DNA of 64,000 nucleotides from Fimbriimonadaceae bacterium (lineage in GTDB: Bacteria; Armatimonadota; UBA10988): positions 131,113-195,112 of the forward strand of contig JADZEX010000081.1 of assembly GCA_020850355.1 (NCBI GenBank), written 5' to 3'. Under the pieces are notes generated by a model. The model searched no databases, was not told the DNA's origin, and worked only from the letters and a program-made list of their open reading frames with translations. Of the stretch, positions 45,649 to 53,734 are shown piece after piece; position 1 is the stretch's first letter; each line of letters starts with the position of its first letter. The position numbers and the translations under genes are program-made.

Positions 45649-47067
45649 ATGAGGACAGTCAAGCTCAAGGACCAGGGCGTCGGCCTACCCGAGACTCTGA
45701 AGGTGCTCGACGACCCGCGAGTTGGCGGCGAAGCCGAGGTGTTCTTCACCGCCGATGAGCGTTACGCAGTCAAGGCTTACACCAAGCCCGCCGCCGACCG
45801 CGAGCAGTCGCTACGGCAGGTTCGCAAACTCTTTGGCGACCTGTCGCACGAACAGGCGGAGTTCATCGTGCCGCCGCTGGCCCTGCTCCAGAGCATTGAC
45901 GGTCAGCCGCGCGTCGGGTTTGTGATGCGCCGAGTCCCGCCCAGCTACCAGAACCTCAGTGCGGTGATGCACAGCCCAACCGAGGCCGCATCCCAGTTCA
46001 GGAAACACCGTTCATGGGCCGACTACCTGCGTCTGGCACGCAACGTCGCCTCCTGCCTCAGCGTGCTGCACTGCAAGGGCTGTTCGCACGGGGACATCCA
46101 CCCACGCAACTTCATGGTGGACCTGCCACAGGGCAAAGCCGTGATGCTGGAGGTCGATGGCGTCATCGTACCGGGCTTCCTGAAGCCCCAGGTCGACGGA
46201 ATGCGCGGCTACATGGCCCCGGAAGTAGTCCGTGGTGAGGCGCAGCCGTCGAAGCAGACTGACCTTCACAGCCTGGCGGTGCTGCTGCTGCACACCCTGT
46301 TGTTTCGGAATGTGATGAACCCGCTGGTTGAGTTCTCGACCGACGCTGAAGAGAGCGAGCGGCTCGGCTGGGGCCGCGAGGCGGTCTTCAGCGAGCATCC
46401 CCAGATCCGCACTAACCGCCCGCGCCACCTTGGGACACCGCTGTACCGAAAAGGCGCGCTGAGCTGCCGGGCCCTGGGGCCACGGTTGGAGAAGTTGGCG
46501 CATCGGGCGTTGGTTGAGGGCCTGCACGATCCAGCCAGCCGGCCCCAGGCCGACGAGTGGGTGGAAGCGCTGACTGCGGCCCGCGATGAGCTCTACTACT
46601 GCGCAGTGTGCCATCAGCAGCCAATCTACCCGTACTGGGAACAGCCCCTTGCGCGCCGCTCCTGTGCATTCTGCGGCAATCGTCTGCAGGGGGCGCCAGC
46701 GGTTCTGGAGTTGTACGAGGAGCGGCAGCGGGGTTCCTTCCACCCAATCGGCCGGCCGGTCGTGCTTGCGGCGGGGTTCAAGGTGTTCCCGGACCTCGCC
46801 AACCGCCGCGGTCCCTTGCGCTGGGAGCCGCGTAGCGACCAGCAGCCGGTAGCCGAGTGTCGTGCCAGGCCAGGCTCGGCCGAGCTGGAACTGGTCAATC
46901 GGAGCACCACCGAGTGGGCGGTGCGCCGGACAGATGGCTCGCGCGGCGAGGCCGTCAAGCCGGGCCAGGCGGTGCCGCTGGCTTCGGGTCTCGGAGTGCA
47001 GTTGGGCCCAGACGGGCGCTTGCTGTGGGTGCAGGAAGCGCCCACTCCGACCGTGCAGAGGAGGTAG
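45649..47067 (+). CDS. atypical Ser/Thr protein kinase with C-terminal zinc ribbon and beta-rich domain (TerY-P-type kinase)
   Basis: ATG start. Kinase motifs ERYAVKAY (beta3 Lys), HGDIHPRNFMVD (catalytic loop), GYMAPE. Then CAVCHQQ...CAFCGN zinc ribbon. Confidence 0.75.
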   Translation: MRTVKLKDQGVGLPETLKVLDDPRVGGEAEVFFTADERYAVKAYTKPAADREQSLRQVRKLFGDLSHEQAEFIVPPLALLQSIDGQPRVGFVMRRVPPSYQNLSAVMHSPTEAASQFRKHRSWADYLRLARNVASCLSVLHCKGCSHGDIHPRNFMVDLPQGKAVMLEVDGVIVPGFLKPQVDGMRGYMAPEVVRGEAQPSKQTDLHSLAVLLLHTLLFRNVMNPLVEFSTDAEESERLGWGREAVFSEHPQIRTNRPRHLGTPLYRKGALSCRALGPRLEKLAHRALVEGLHDPASRPQADEWVEALTAARDELYYCAVCHQQPIYPYWEQPLARRSCAFCGNRLQGAPAVLELYEERQRGSFHPIGRPVVLAAGFKVFPDLANRRGPLRWEPRSDQQPVAECRARPGSAELELVNRSTTEWAVRRTDGSRGEAVKPGQAVPLASGLGVQLGPDGRLLWVQEAPTPTVQRR

Positions 47068-47071
47068 GCTC

Positions 47072-47761
47072 GTGTCTGACTTTGACATTCAGGTGGCGGT
47101 GGGTGAGGGTGTCCGGCGTCTGCCGGTCTATCTGTTGCTGGACTGCAGCGGCAGCATGCAGGGCGCGCCGATCGAGGCGGTGCGCCACGGCGTTGAGCTG
47201 TTCGCCCGCGAGGTGCTGGGCGATGAGTTCGCCGCTCAGACCGTGCATGTCGCGGTGATCCTGTTCGGTGGCGAGGCTCGCATGGTTACCAGTGGATTGG
47301 TGCCCATGGACCAGTTCCAGCCACCTGCGCTGGAAGCTCGCGGCGGCACTCCGCTGGGCGGGGCCCTGCGCCTGCTTAACGAGTCCCTGACCCGCGACCT
47401 GCGTCCCAACGTGCCGGGGCAGCCGAAGGGCGACTGGAAGCCGATGGCCTTCATCATGACCGACGGCGCCGCGACGGACGACTGGCGCGGGCCCCGCGAG
47501 GCCATCATCAACCGGCAGACGGGCCGTCTGCTGAACATCTGCACGGTCGGTTGCGGCCCCGGTGTCGATGAAGCGTTACTCAAGGAGATTGCCGTCGGAC
47601 CGGCCTTCAAGATGGATGACAGCGAGGTCTCGTTCAAGCAGTTCTTCCAGTGGGTCACCGCCAGTGTGCGGGCCGTCAGCGTGTCGCTGAGCCAGCCCAG
47701 CGGGCCGGGCGGCCCGGTCGACCTGCCGCAGCCGCCGCCCGTGTTGCAGTACATCGACTGA
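47072..47761 (+). CDS. vWA domain protein (TerY-like)
   Basis: GTG start 4 nt after the kinase stop. MIDAS motif LLLDCSGSM...TPLGGAL...FIMTDGAATD. Confidence 0.8.
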   Translation: MSDFDIQVAVGEGVRRLPVYLLLDCSGSMQGAPIEAVRHGVELFAREVLGDEFAAQTVHVAVILFGGEARMVTSGLVPMDQFQPPALEARGGTPLGGALRLLNESLTRDLRPNVPGQPKGDWKPMAFIMTDGAATDDWRGPREAIINRQTGRLLNICTVGCGPGVDEALLKEIAVGPAFKMDDSEVSFKQFFQWVTASVRAVSVSLSQPSGPGGPVDLPQPPPVLQYID

Positions 47762-47784
47762 GGCCGCTGCCCGCGGAGGTGACC

Positions 47785-48813
47785 ATGGAAGCGCGCTGGG
47801 TGGAGGGTGACACGCTGTTGGCCAGTGCCGGCAGCCGGCACCCGGATCAGGTCTGGCTGCACCAGGCCCACGGGCCGTGGCAGATCCTCGGAGCCAGCGC
47901 CGTTGGGCAGGCCCATCGTCGTGACGACACCCCGCGCGACGATGCGCTCTGCGCTGGTGGCGCCGGGCCGTGGTTGGTGGCCGCCGTCGCGGACGGCGCT
48001 GGCTCGGCGGCCCTGTCGCGGTTCGGGGCCACCACCGCCGTGCGGACCGCCGTCGAAGTGCTACTCGACAGTCTGCCCATGCCGCCGGGCGACGAGAACC
48101 AGGTCGCCGGGCTGCCCGACTGCCTGACCGTGGCTCGCCAGCGTAACGTCCGCTATGACGCCGACCAGCCGACCGAGGTGTTACGGGCGACCTTCCAGCA
48201 GGTCCACCGGCAGGTTGGCCGGGCGGCCGAAGCCATGCAGGCGCCAGCGTCCAAGCTGCACTGCACGCTGCTGGTGGCGGCCCTGCAAGTCGAGAGTGGG
48301 CAACTGCTGGTGGGACAGGTCGGTGACGGCGCGATCGTCTACCATGACCCGGCCAATGGCGGCGGACGCCTGCTCCTACAACCTCCGAGTAGTAGCCAGG
48401 CTGGCGAGACCTACTTCATCACGCAGCCCGATTGGCCCGCGCGGTTCGACGCGCAGGCCATCGAGGCGGTTGCTGCGGGCGGGATCCTCCTGCTCACCGA
48501 TGGCATCGCCGACGATGTCACCTGTCCGCCGCCCGATGATGTGCTGACCCGGTTCAGCGGCCAGATGACCGCCCAGTTGCTGCGCCCGCTACCGCCCGCG
48601 GAGCGGGCGGCTGCCCTGCTGCGATGGGTGGACGGCTACCGCGCCTCGGGTTCGTTCGACGACCGAACCATGCTGGCACTGCTCCGCGCGGCCCCACCTG
48701 TGCCGTTCCCAGCGCTTGTAGATGGCGCGCAAGCGGATCCCGGTGCGGAATCAGCGCCACAGCCGACTTGCGATCAGCCAGCGGACGACCAGCAACGGGA
48801 TGGGGTTGACTGA
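47785..48813 (+). CDS. PP2C-family protein serine/threonine phosphatase
   Basis: Motifs AVADGAGS, VGDGAI and LLTDGIADD spaced as in bacterial PP2C (SpoIIE/PPM) phosphatases. Confidence 0.75.
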   Translation: MEARWVEGDTLLASAGSRHPDQVWLHQAHGPWQILGASAVGQAHRRDDTPRDDALCAGGAGPWLVAAVADGAGSAALSRFGATTAVRTAVEVLLDSLPMPPGDENQVAGLPDCLTVARQRNVRYDADQPTEVLRATFQQVHRQVGRAAEAMQAPASKLHCTLLVAALQVESGQLLVGQVGDGAIVYHDPANGGGRLLLQPPSSSQAGETYFITQPDWPARFDAQAIEAVAAGGILLLTDGIADDVTCPPPDDVLTRFSGQMTAQLLRPLPPAERAAALLRWVDGYRASGSFDDRTMLALLRAAPPVPFPALVDGAQADPGAESAPQPTCDQPADDQQRDGVD

Positions 48814-48816
48814 GCT

Positions 48817-51462
48817 ATGGCGACGTCGCCGTTGACGCCAGAGCAGGCCGCCGCGCTCTCTTCAGCGCTCGCCTGGCTAGCTGAGAACTCGGTCGGCAGC
48901 ACCGAGTTGACGGTCGACAGGGCCGAGATCGGACTGCTGGCGCAAGGCCTGGATCCCGAACCGACGCTGATTCAGGAGATGCAGCGCTGTTTCAGTCTGC
49001 TGCGGCGGGCGGCCGGATCTGCTGATCCGGACCTCCACCAGATGGTGCAACGGGCGCTGCAGGACCGGGGCGCCTCTGAGGCTGCCGCCTTGCTGGCAGT
49101 GGACCGAGTGGCCGCACATCCTTCGCCGCCGGCAGCCACTGCGGCGACGGCGCAACCCGCCGGATTGCAGTGTGCGCCCATCACGGTGGACCGCCCGGCG
49201 ATCGTCTGGGCGGCGCTCGCTCCCAAGACCGGCGCGGAACACCAGCTCCGAGTCAGCGGAGGCCCGGGCCAGGTGGTTGCCTTTCCGGAGGACCGGATCG
49301 CAGTGGCGCCGGTGGAGTTTGGGCCCCAGCCGACGACGCTCACGGTCATGCTGACCGGCGGCCTGCCAGGCGAACTGCTGTGGGGGCACCTCTCGCTGAC
49401 AAGTCGTCAGGAAGAGGTCCAGGTTGAGATCTCCGCTCATTGGCCAGCCCCTCGCCTCTCGCCGAGCAGCCCGTCGGAGCACAACGAGGAGCGACCCTCG
49501 GCGTCGCCGCTGCGGGTGGCCAAGGAGGAGCGTCGGCGAAAGGCCCGACAGCAAGACGACGCGCCGGCCGAGCCCGCAACTCCCGCCACCGGTTACCCGC
49601 CCGACGGCCCCGCACCGCCCGGCTGGCCGTCTTACATCCCCTGGCCGCCGGCCCGGCTGCCGGAGCTGCGGTTCCGGGTCTGTGAGATCGACGCCATGCC
49701 GCAGGTGCTGATCCCGGCCGGGGAGTTCCTGATGGGAAGCCCAGCGAGCGAGGCAGGGCGGTTCGACGACGAAGGGCCGCAGAAGCGCGTGTACCTGAAC
49801 GGGTACTGGCTGGACCTGCACGCGGTGACGAACAGGCAATACGCGCAGTTCGCCGAGGCGACACGGCGGACCAATGCAGAGTGGGAGCAGTGGAACCACG
49901 ACACCTACCGGCGGCATCCAGCTACTTACGCGAGTTGGGAGGAGGCGACGGCGTATGCGGCGTGGGCGGGGCGGGAGCTGCCGACGGAAGCACAGTGGGA
50001 AAGAGGGGGGCGGGGCGGCACGACTACCGCGTACCCGTGGGGGAAGCGGGGGGAACTTGGGCGAGCGAATGGGGACTGGGACGCAGACCGTGTCAGCTCG
50101 CACGCAAACGCAGTGAAGTACTGTCAGGAGGTTGGCCAGCACCCCCCGAACGGTTTCGGGCTCTACGACATGATCGGCAACGTATGGGAGTGGTGCCGCG
50201 ATTGCTACGATGCCGGCTGGTACTCCAAGATGCCCAGGGCCGAGCCACAGAATGCCGCGAACGACGGCTCTCGCGTGTACCGGGGTGGCTCTTGGGGCAG
50301 CGGACCGCGGTACCTGAGGGTGGCGGGCCGCTTCAGAAACTCGCCGGACTTCCGGGGCAGCAACCTGGGCTTCCGCTGCGCCGCGCCCGGACCTCCCGGA
50401 GCCCCAGCCAGCGCGCCATCGCCCGTGTCAGTGGCGGCGGTCCTGTTCCCGAAGGCGCGAACGGCCCCAAGCTCGGCAGCGACGCCGCCTGGCCCGGCCA
50501 AGGCGGCATCGGGCCCCTCCGCTGCGGCAACACCGCAGCCGTCGCCGACGCCAGCCAGAGTGGTCGCACCACAGCCAGCGCCTTCCACGCCGCCGCCGCA
50601 GCCGCCGGTCGCGCTGACCGAGGGCCACCCCGACGGCCCGGCACCGCCCGGCTGGCCGTCTTACATCCCCTGGCCGCCCGCACGGCTGCCGGAGCTGCGG
50701 TTCCGGGTCTGTGAGATCGACGCCATGCCGCAGGTGCGGATCCCGGCGGGGGAGTTCCTCATGGGGAGCCCGGAGAGCGAGGCGGGGCGGGTCAGCAACG
50801 AGGGCCCGCCTCAGCGGGTTCACTTGAGCGCGTACTGGCTCGACCTGCACGAGGTTACGAACGAACAGTGGCGTCGGTTCCTGACGGCAAGCCGCCGCAG
50901 CAGCATGTGGGGGCGCCTATCGGCGCTGTGGCGAACCAACACCCAGTGGGCACAGTGGGACCAGGATACAGGGCCTCGGCACCCGGCGGTCTTCATCAAC
51001 TGGGAGGAGGCCAGAGCGTATGCGCTGTGGGCCGGTCGGGAGCTGCCGACGGAGGCGCAATGGGAGATGGCGGCGAGAGCTGGAACGACAACCACCTACC
51101 CCTGGGGAGAACAGCCTAGCTGTGGTCGGGCAAACGGGAACTGGGAAGGTGATCGAAGCTACTCGTACCAGAGCGCGGTGACGCACTGCTCGTGGGTGGG
51201 AGCATATGACCCGAACGGGTTTGGAGTCTATGATGCGATTGGCAATGTGTGGGAGTGGTGCCGGGACTCCTATGGTGACAAATGGTCCCGCCAGTTGGCG
51301 CCGGCGGATAGCTTCATTGCAGTACCGAGCGGTGAGCGCGTAATACGCGGGGGCTCGTGGATCAGCTCCGGCGGTCACCTGCGAGTGGCGGATCGTCTCG
51401 GGATTGCACCAGCCGGTCGGTTCGGTCATCTCGGCTTCCGCTGCGCATCGCCGGCGCGTTGA
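48817..51462 (+). CDS. protein with N-terminal unknown domain and two tandem FGE-sulfatase (SUMF1/formylglycine-generating-enzyme-like) domains
   Basis: Each repeat has IPAGEFLMGSP...WEWC...RGGSW...LGFRCA hallmark motifs. ATG overlaps the PP2C stop region (4-nt spacer). Confidence 0.75.
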   Translation: MATSPLTPEQAAALSSALAWLAENSVGSTELTVDRAEIGLLAQGLDPEPTLIQEMQRCFSLLRRAAGSADPDLHQMVQRALQDRGASEAAALLAVDRVAAHPSPPAATAATAQPAGLQCAPITVDRPAIVWAALAPKTGAEHQLRVSGGPGQVVAFPEDRIAVAPVEFGPQPTTLTVMLTGGLPGELLWGHLSLTSRQEEVQVEISAHWPAPRLSPSSPSEHNEERPSASPLRVAKEERRRKARQQDDAPAEPATPATGYPPDGPAPPGWPSYIPWPPARLPELRFRVCEIDAMPQVLIPAGEFLMGSPASEAGRFDDEGPQKRVYLNGYWLDLHAVTNRQYAQFAEATRRTNAEWEQWNHDTYRRHPATYASWEEATAYAAWAGRELPTEAQWERGGRGGTTTAYPWGKRGELGRANGDWDADRVSSHANAVKYCQEVGQHPPNGFGLYDMIGNVWEWCRDCYDAGWYSKMPRAEPQNAANDGSRVYRGGSWGSGPRYLRVAGRFRNSPDFRGSNLGFRCAAPGPPGAPASAPSPVSVAAVLFPKARTAPSSAATPPGPAKAASGPSAAATPQPSPTPARVVAPQPAPSTPPPQPPVALTEGHPDGPAPPGWPSYIPWPPARLPELRFRVCEIDAMPQVRIPAGEFLMGSPESEAGRVSNEGPPQRVHLSAYWLDLHEVTNEQWRRFLTASRRSSMWGRLSALWRTNTQWAQWDQDTGPRHPAVFINWEEARAYALWAGRELPTEAQWEMAARAGTTTTYPWGEQPSCGRANGNWEGDRSYSYQSAVTHCSWVGAYDPNGFGVYDAIGNVWEWCRDSYGDKWSRQLAPADSFIAVPSGERVIRGGSWISSGGHLRVADRLGIAPAGRFGHLGFRCASPAR
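49601..49761 (+). repeat. intragenic direct repeat copy 1 (about 160 bp, about 93% identical to copy 2)
   Basis: ccgacggccccgcaccgcccggctggccgtcttacatcccctggccgcc...gagatcgacgccatgccgcaggtg recurs at 50630. Confidence 0.85.
50630..50790 (+). repeat. intragenic direct repeat copy 2
   Basis: Same linker + start of FGE domain (DGPAPPGWPSYIPWPPARLPELRFRVCEIDAMPQV). Nucleotide identity far higher than the rest of the two FGE domains. Confidence 0.85.
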
Positions 51463-51536
51463 GCTGTCCAGCGCTGCGACAACCTATTGGCTACCCGGCG
51501 TGGCGCCAGCGCCGGAATCGGTGCGAGGAGATCACC

Positions 51537-52697
51537 ATGCCGCACCCCTGCCGCATTGGCATTCTGATGGACACCACGGACCTCGGCCTTGGCCTGCATG
51601 GGATGCATGTCGCGTTTCGGGGTCTGCCGGGGGTTGAGGTGGTCGGGCTGGCCGACTCCAATCCGCGCGGACTGGAGGAGCGGTTGGCGGTCAGCGGGGC
51701 GCGGCGGGTGTATCCGAGCCTGGCGGCGCTGTTGGCCGACGCGGCGCCGGAGGTGATGGTGCTGGCGAACCGCAGCCCGGACGACCACCTGGCCCAGATC
51801 CAGGCCTGTCTCGAGGCGGGGTGCCACCTCTACTGCGAGAAGCCGCTGGCGGCGCGGCTGACCGAGGTGGATCAGATCATCGCGTTGGCCGAGCGGCACG
51901 GCCGGCAGATCGCGCTGGCGCATCCTTGCCGGCAGGCGCCGGTCTGGCGGACGTTGCGGCGGATGGTCGCCGACGGGGCGATCGGGCGGCCGTTGACGGT
52001 CTACGGGCGGGGCAAGGAGGACCACCGCGGCGGCGGGGAGGACCTGATTGTGCTGGGCACGCACGTCCTGGACTTTCAGGCGGCGCTGTGTGGCCAACCG
52101 CGGCAGGTCTATGCCGAGGTGACGCAGGACGGGCGCCCGATTGTCGCGAGCGACCGGTTGCCGACGGTGGAGCCGGTCGGGCCGGTGGCCGGTGACGCGA
52201 TCTTCGCGACGTTGCAGTTCGACGGCCAGGTGCGCGGGTTGTTTGAGAGCCGGCGCGGGTTGTCGACCTGGGGCCGCGGGCTGGCGCGGATGGGGATCAC
52301 GGTCTGCGGCACGGCCGGGTCGCTGACGTTGCGCTTCTGGGATGGTCCGCCGCCGGCAGCGACGTTGCGCTGGAGTCAGGTCGCGGGCGCTCCTGAGGAT
52401 GACCTGAGCTACCAGGAGGTGCCGGTGGTCGAGGAGCGGGTGATCCCGGGCGCGGAGCCGCTCGACTACGGTCTGCTCGGCCGCGAGAACGTGCCGCAGG
52501 CAGCGCTCTTCATGGAAGCTGGCCGGTTTGCGGCGTGGGACCTGCTGGAGGCCATCGGCGCCGGCCGGCCGCCCGAGTGCAGTGCGGTCGACGCGCGCCG
52601 GACGCAGGAGATGCTGCAGGGGATCTACGCCGCGGCGCTGGCCGGCCGGCCGGTGGCGCTGCCGCTGGTCGAGCGGCGGCATCCGCTGGAGGTGTAG
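51537..52697 (+). CDS. Gfo/Idh/MocA family oxidoreductase
   Basis: N-terminal Rossmann IGILMDTTDLGLG...VVGLADSN and EKPLA motif. Confidence 0.8.
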   Translation: MPHPCRIGILMDTTDLGLGLHGMHVAFRGLPGVEVVGLADSNPRGLEERLAVSGARRVYPSLAALLADAAPEVMVLANRSPDDHLAQIQACLEAGCHLYCEKPLAARLTEVDQIIALAERHGRQIALAHPCRQAPVWRTLRRMVADGAIGRPLTVYGRGKEDHRGGGEDLIVLGTHVLDFQAALCGQPRQVYAEVTQDGRPIVASDRLPTVEPVGPVAGDAIFATLQFDGQVRGLFESRRGLSTWGRGLARMGITVCGTAGSLTLRFWDGPPPAATLRWSQVAGAPEDDLSYQEVPVVEERVIPGAEPLDYGLLGRENVPQAALFMEAGRFAAWDLLEAIGAGRPPECSAVDARRTQEMLQGIYAAALAGRPVALPLVERRHPLEV

Positions 52698-52711
52698 CCG
52701 GCGCGCCGAAC

Positions 52712-53734
52712 TCAGGGGGTGGGCGGGCCCAAGCGGCGGTCGAACGCGGCCAGGAAGGCGGCGACGGCCGGTGCGGCGAGATCGGTGAGGCGGATCAGCC
52801 GCAGGCTGCTGGCGGGGTGGGCGGCGAGGTGAGCCAGCGCGGCCTGGACCAGGATGGTGGCAGACTGCTCCAGCGGGAACCCGCCGCGGCCGGCACCGAG
52901 GGCGGGCAGCGACAGCGAGTCGAAGCCCTCGCGCGCGGCGCGGTCGAGCGCCGCGCCGGCGACGGCGGCGAGGGCGGCAGGTGCCGTCGGTTGGCCGCCC
53001 TGCCAGACCGGCCCGACGACGTGGATCACCGCGCGGCAGGGCAGCGCGCCGGCGCCGGTCAGAGCCACCTCGCCGGCGGCCAGCGGGCCGTGCTGGCGCA
53101 TCCAGGCGTCGCTCTCCTGCTGCACCACGGCGCCCCCGCGCCGCACGATGGCGCCGGCGACGCCCCCGCCGTGGGCCAGCCGGGCGTTGGCGGCGTTGAC
53201 GATGGCGGCGGTGGTCTCGCTGGTCAGATCGCCGTGGGCGACCTCCAGCCGCCGGCCGTCGGGCAGCGTGACGCGGCGCCGCAGGGTGGCCTGGAGGCTC
53301 TCCCAGGGGGCCAGCCCCAGATGCACCGCCAGCCGCTGCCGGCAGCCAGCCGGGTCGGCCGTCAGGTCGGCCTCCCACAGCTCCAGCAGCCGCCAGCCCC
53401 AGCGCGTCGCGAGGCGCTGCAGGGCGGCGTCCTGGACCCGTTTGCGGCGCTGGCTGTGGTTCAGGCGGTCGGGCGGGCAGGTCGCCGGGTCGCCATGGTA
53501 CCAGGTGCCCTGGACCTCGATCCAGAGCCGCGCCGCGGGCACTGCGAAGTCGACCGCCAGGGTCGGCGTCAGGGGATACTGCGCCACCGCGACGATGTCC
53601 AGCTCGGCCAGCCAGCCGGCGACGGTGCGCTCGGGCGCGGTGTCGCGCCACGGCGCGGCCGGTCGTGGCGGCGGCGTTCGTTGGCGTAAGCGGCGTTGCA
53701 GGTCGCGCAGACTGTCGTGCGGGCGGCGGATCAC
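52712..53734 (-). CDS. DUF559 (Vsr-like endonuclease fold) - Macro domain fusion protein
   Basis: GTG after GGGAGG. N-terminal DUF559-like region (AVDFAVPAARLWIEVQGTWYHG...QRRKRVQDAALQRLATRWGWRLLELWEADL). C-terminal Macro signature IVNAANARLAHGGGVAGAI...GEVALTGAGALPCRAVIHVVGP. Confidence 0.7.
   Translation of the reverse strand: MIRRPHDSLRDLQRRLRQRTPPPRPAAPWRDTAPERTVAGWLAELDIVAVAQYPLTPTLAVDFAVPAARLWIEVQGTWYHGDPATCPPDRLNHSQRRKRVQDAALQRLATRWGWRLLELWEADLTADPAGCRQRLAVHLGLAPWESLQATLRRRVTLPDGRRLEVAHGDLTSETTAAIVNAANARLAHGGGVAGAIVRRGGAVVQQESDAWMRQHGPLAAGEVALTGAGALPCRAVIHVVGPVWQGGQPTAPAALAAVAGAALDRAAREGFDSLSLPALGAGRGGFPLEQSATILVQAALAHLAAHPASSLRLIRLTDLAAPAVAAFLAAFDRRLGPPTP

Noticed and set aside
49601-50790. 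Whether the 160-bp direct repeats mark a mobile element or IS.
   Set aside because: Both copies are in-frame within one gene and encode the same linker/FGE N-terminus. This is an intragenic domain duplication, not element termini.
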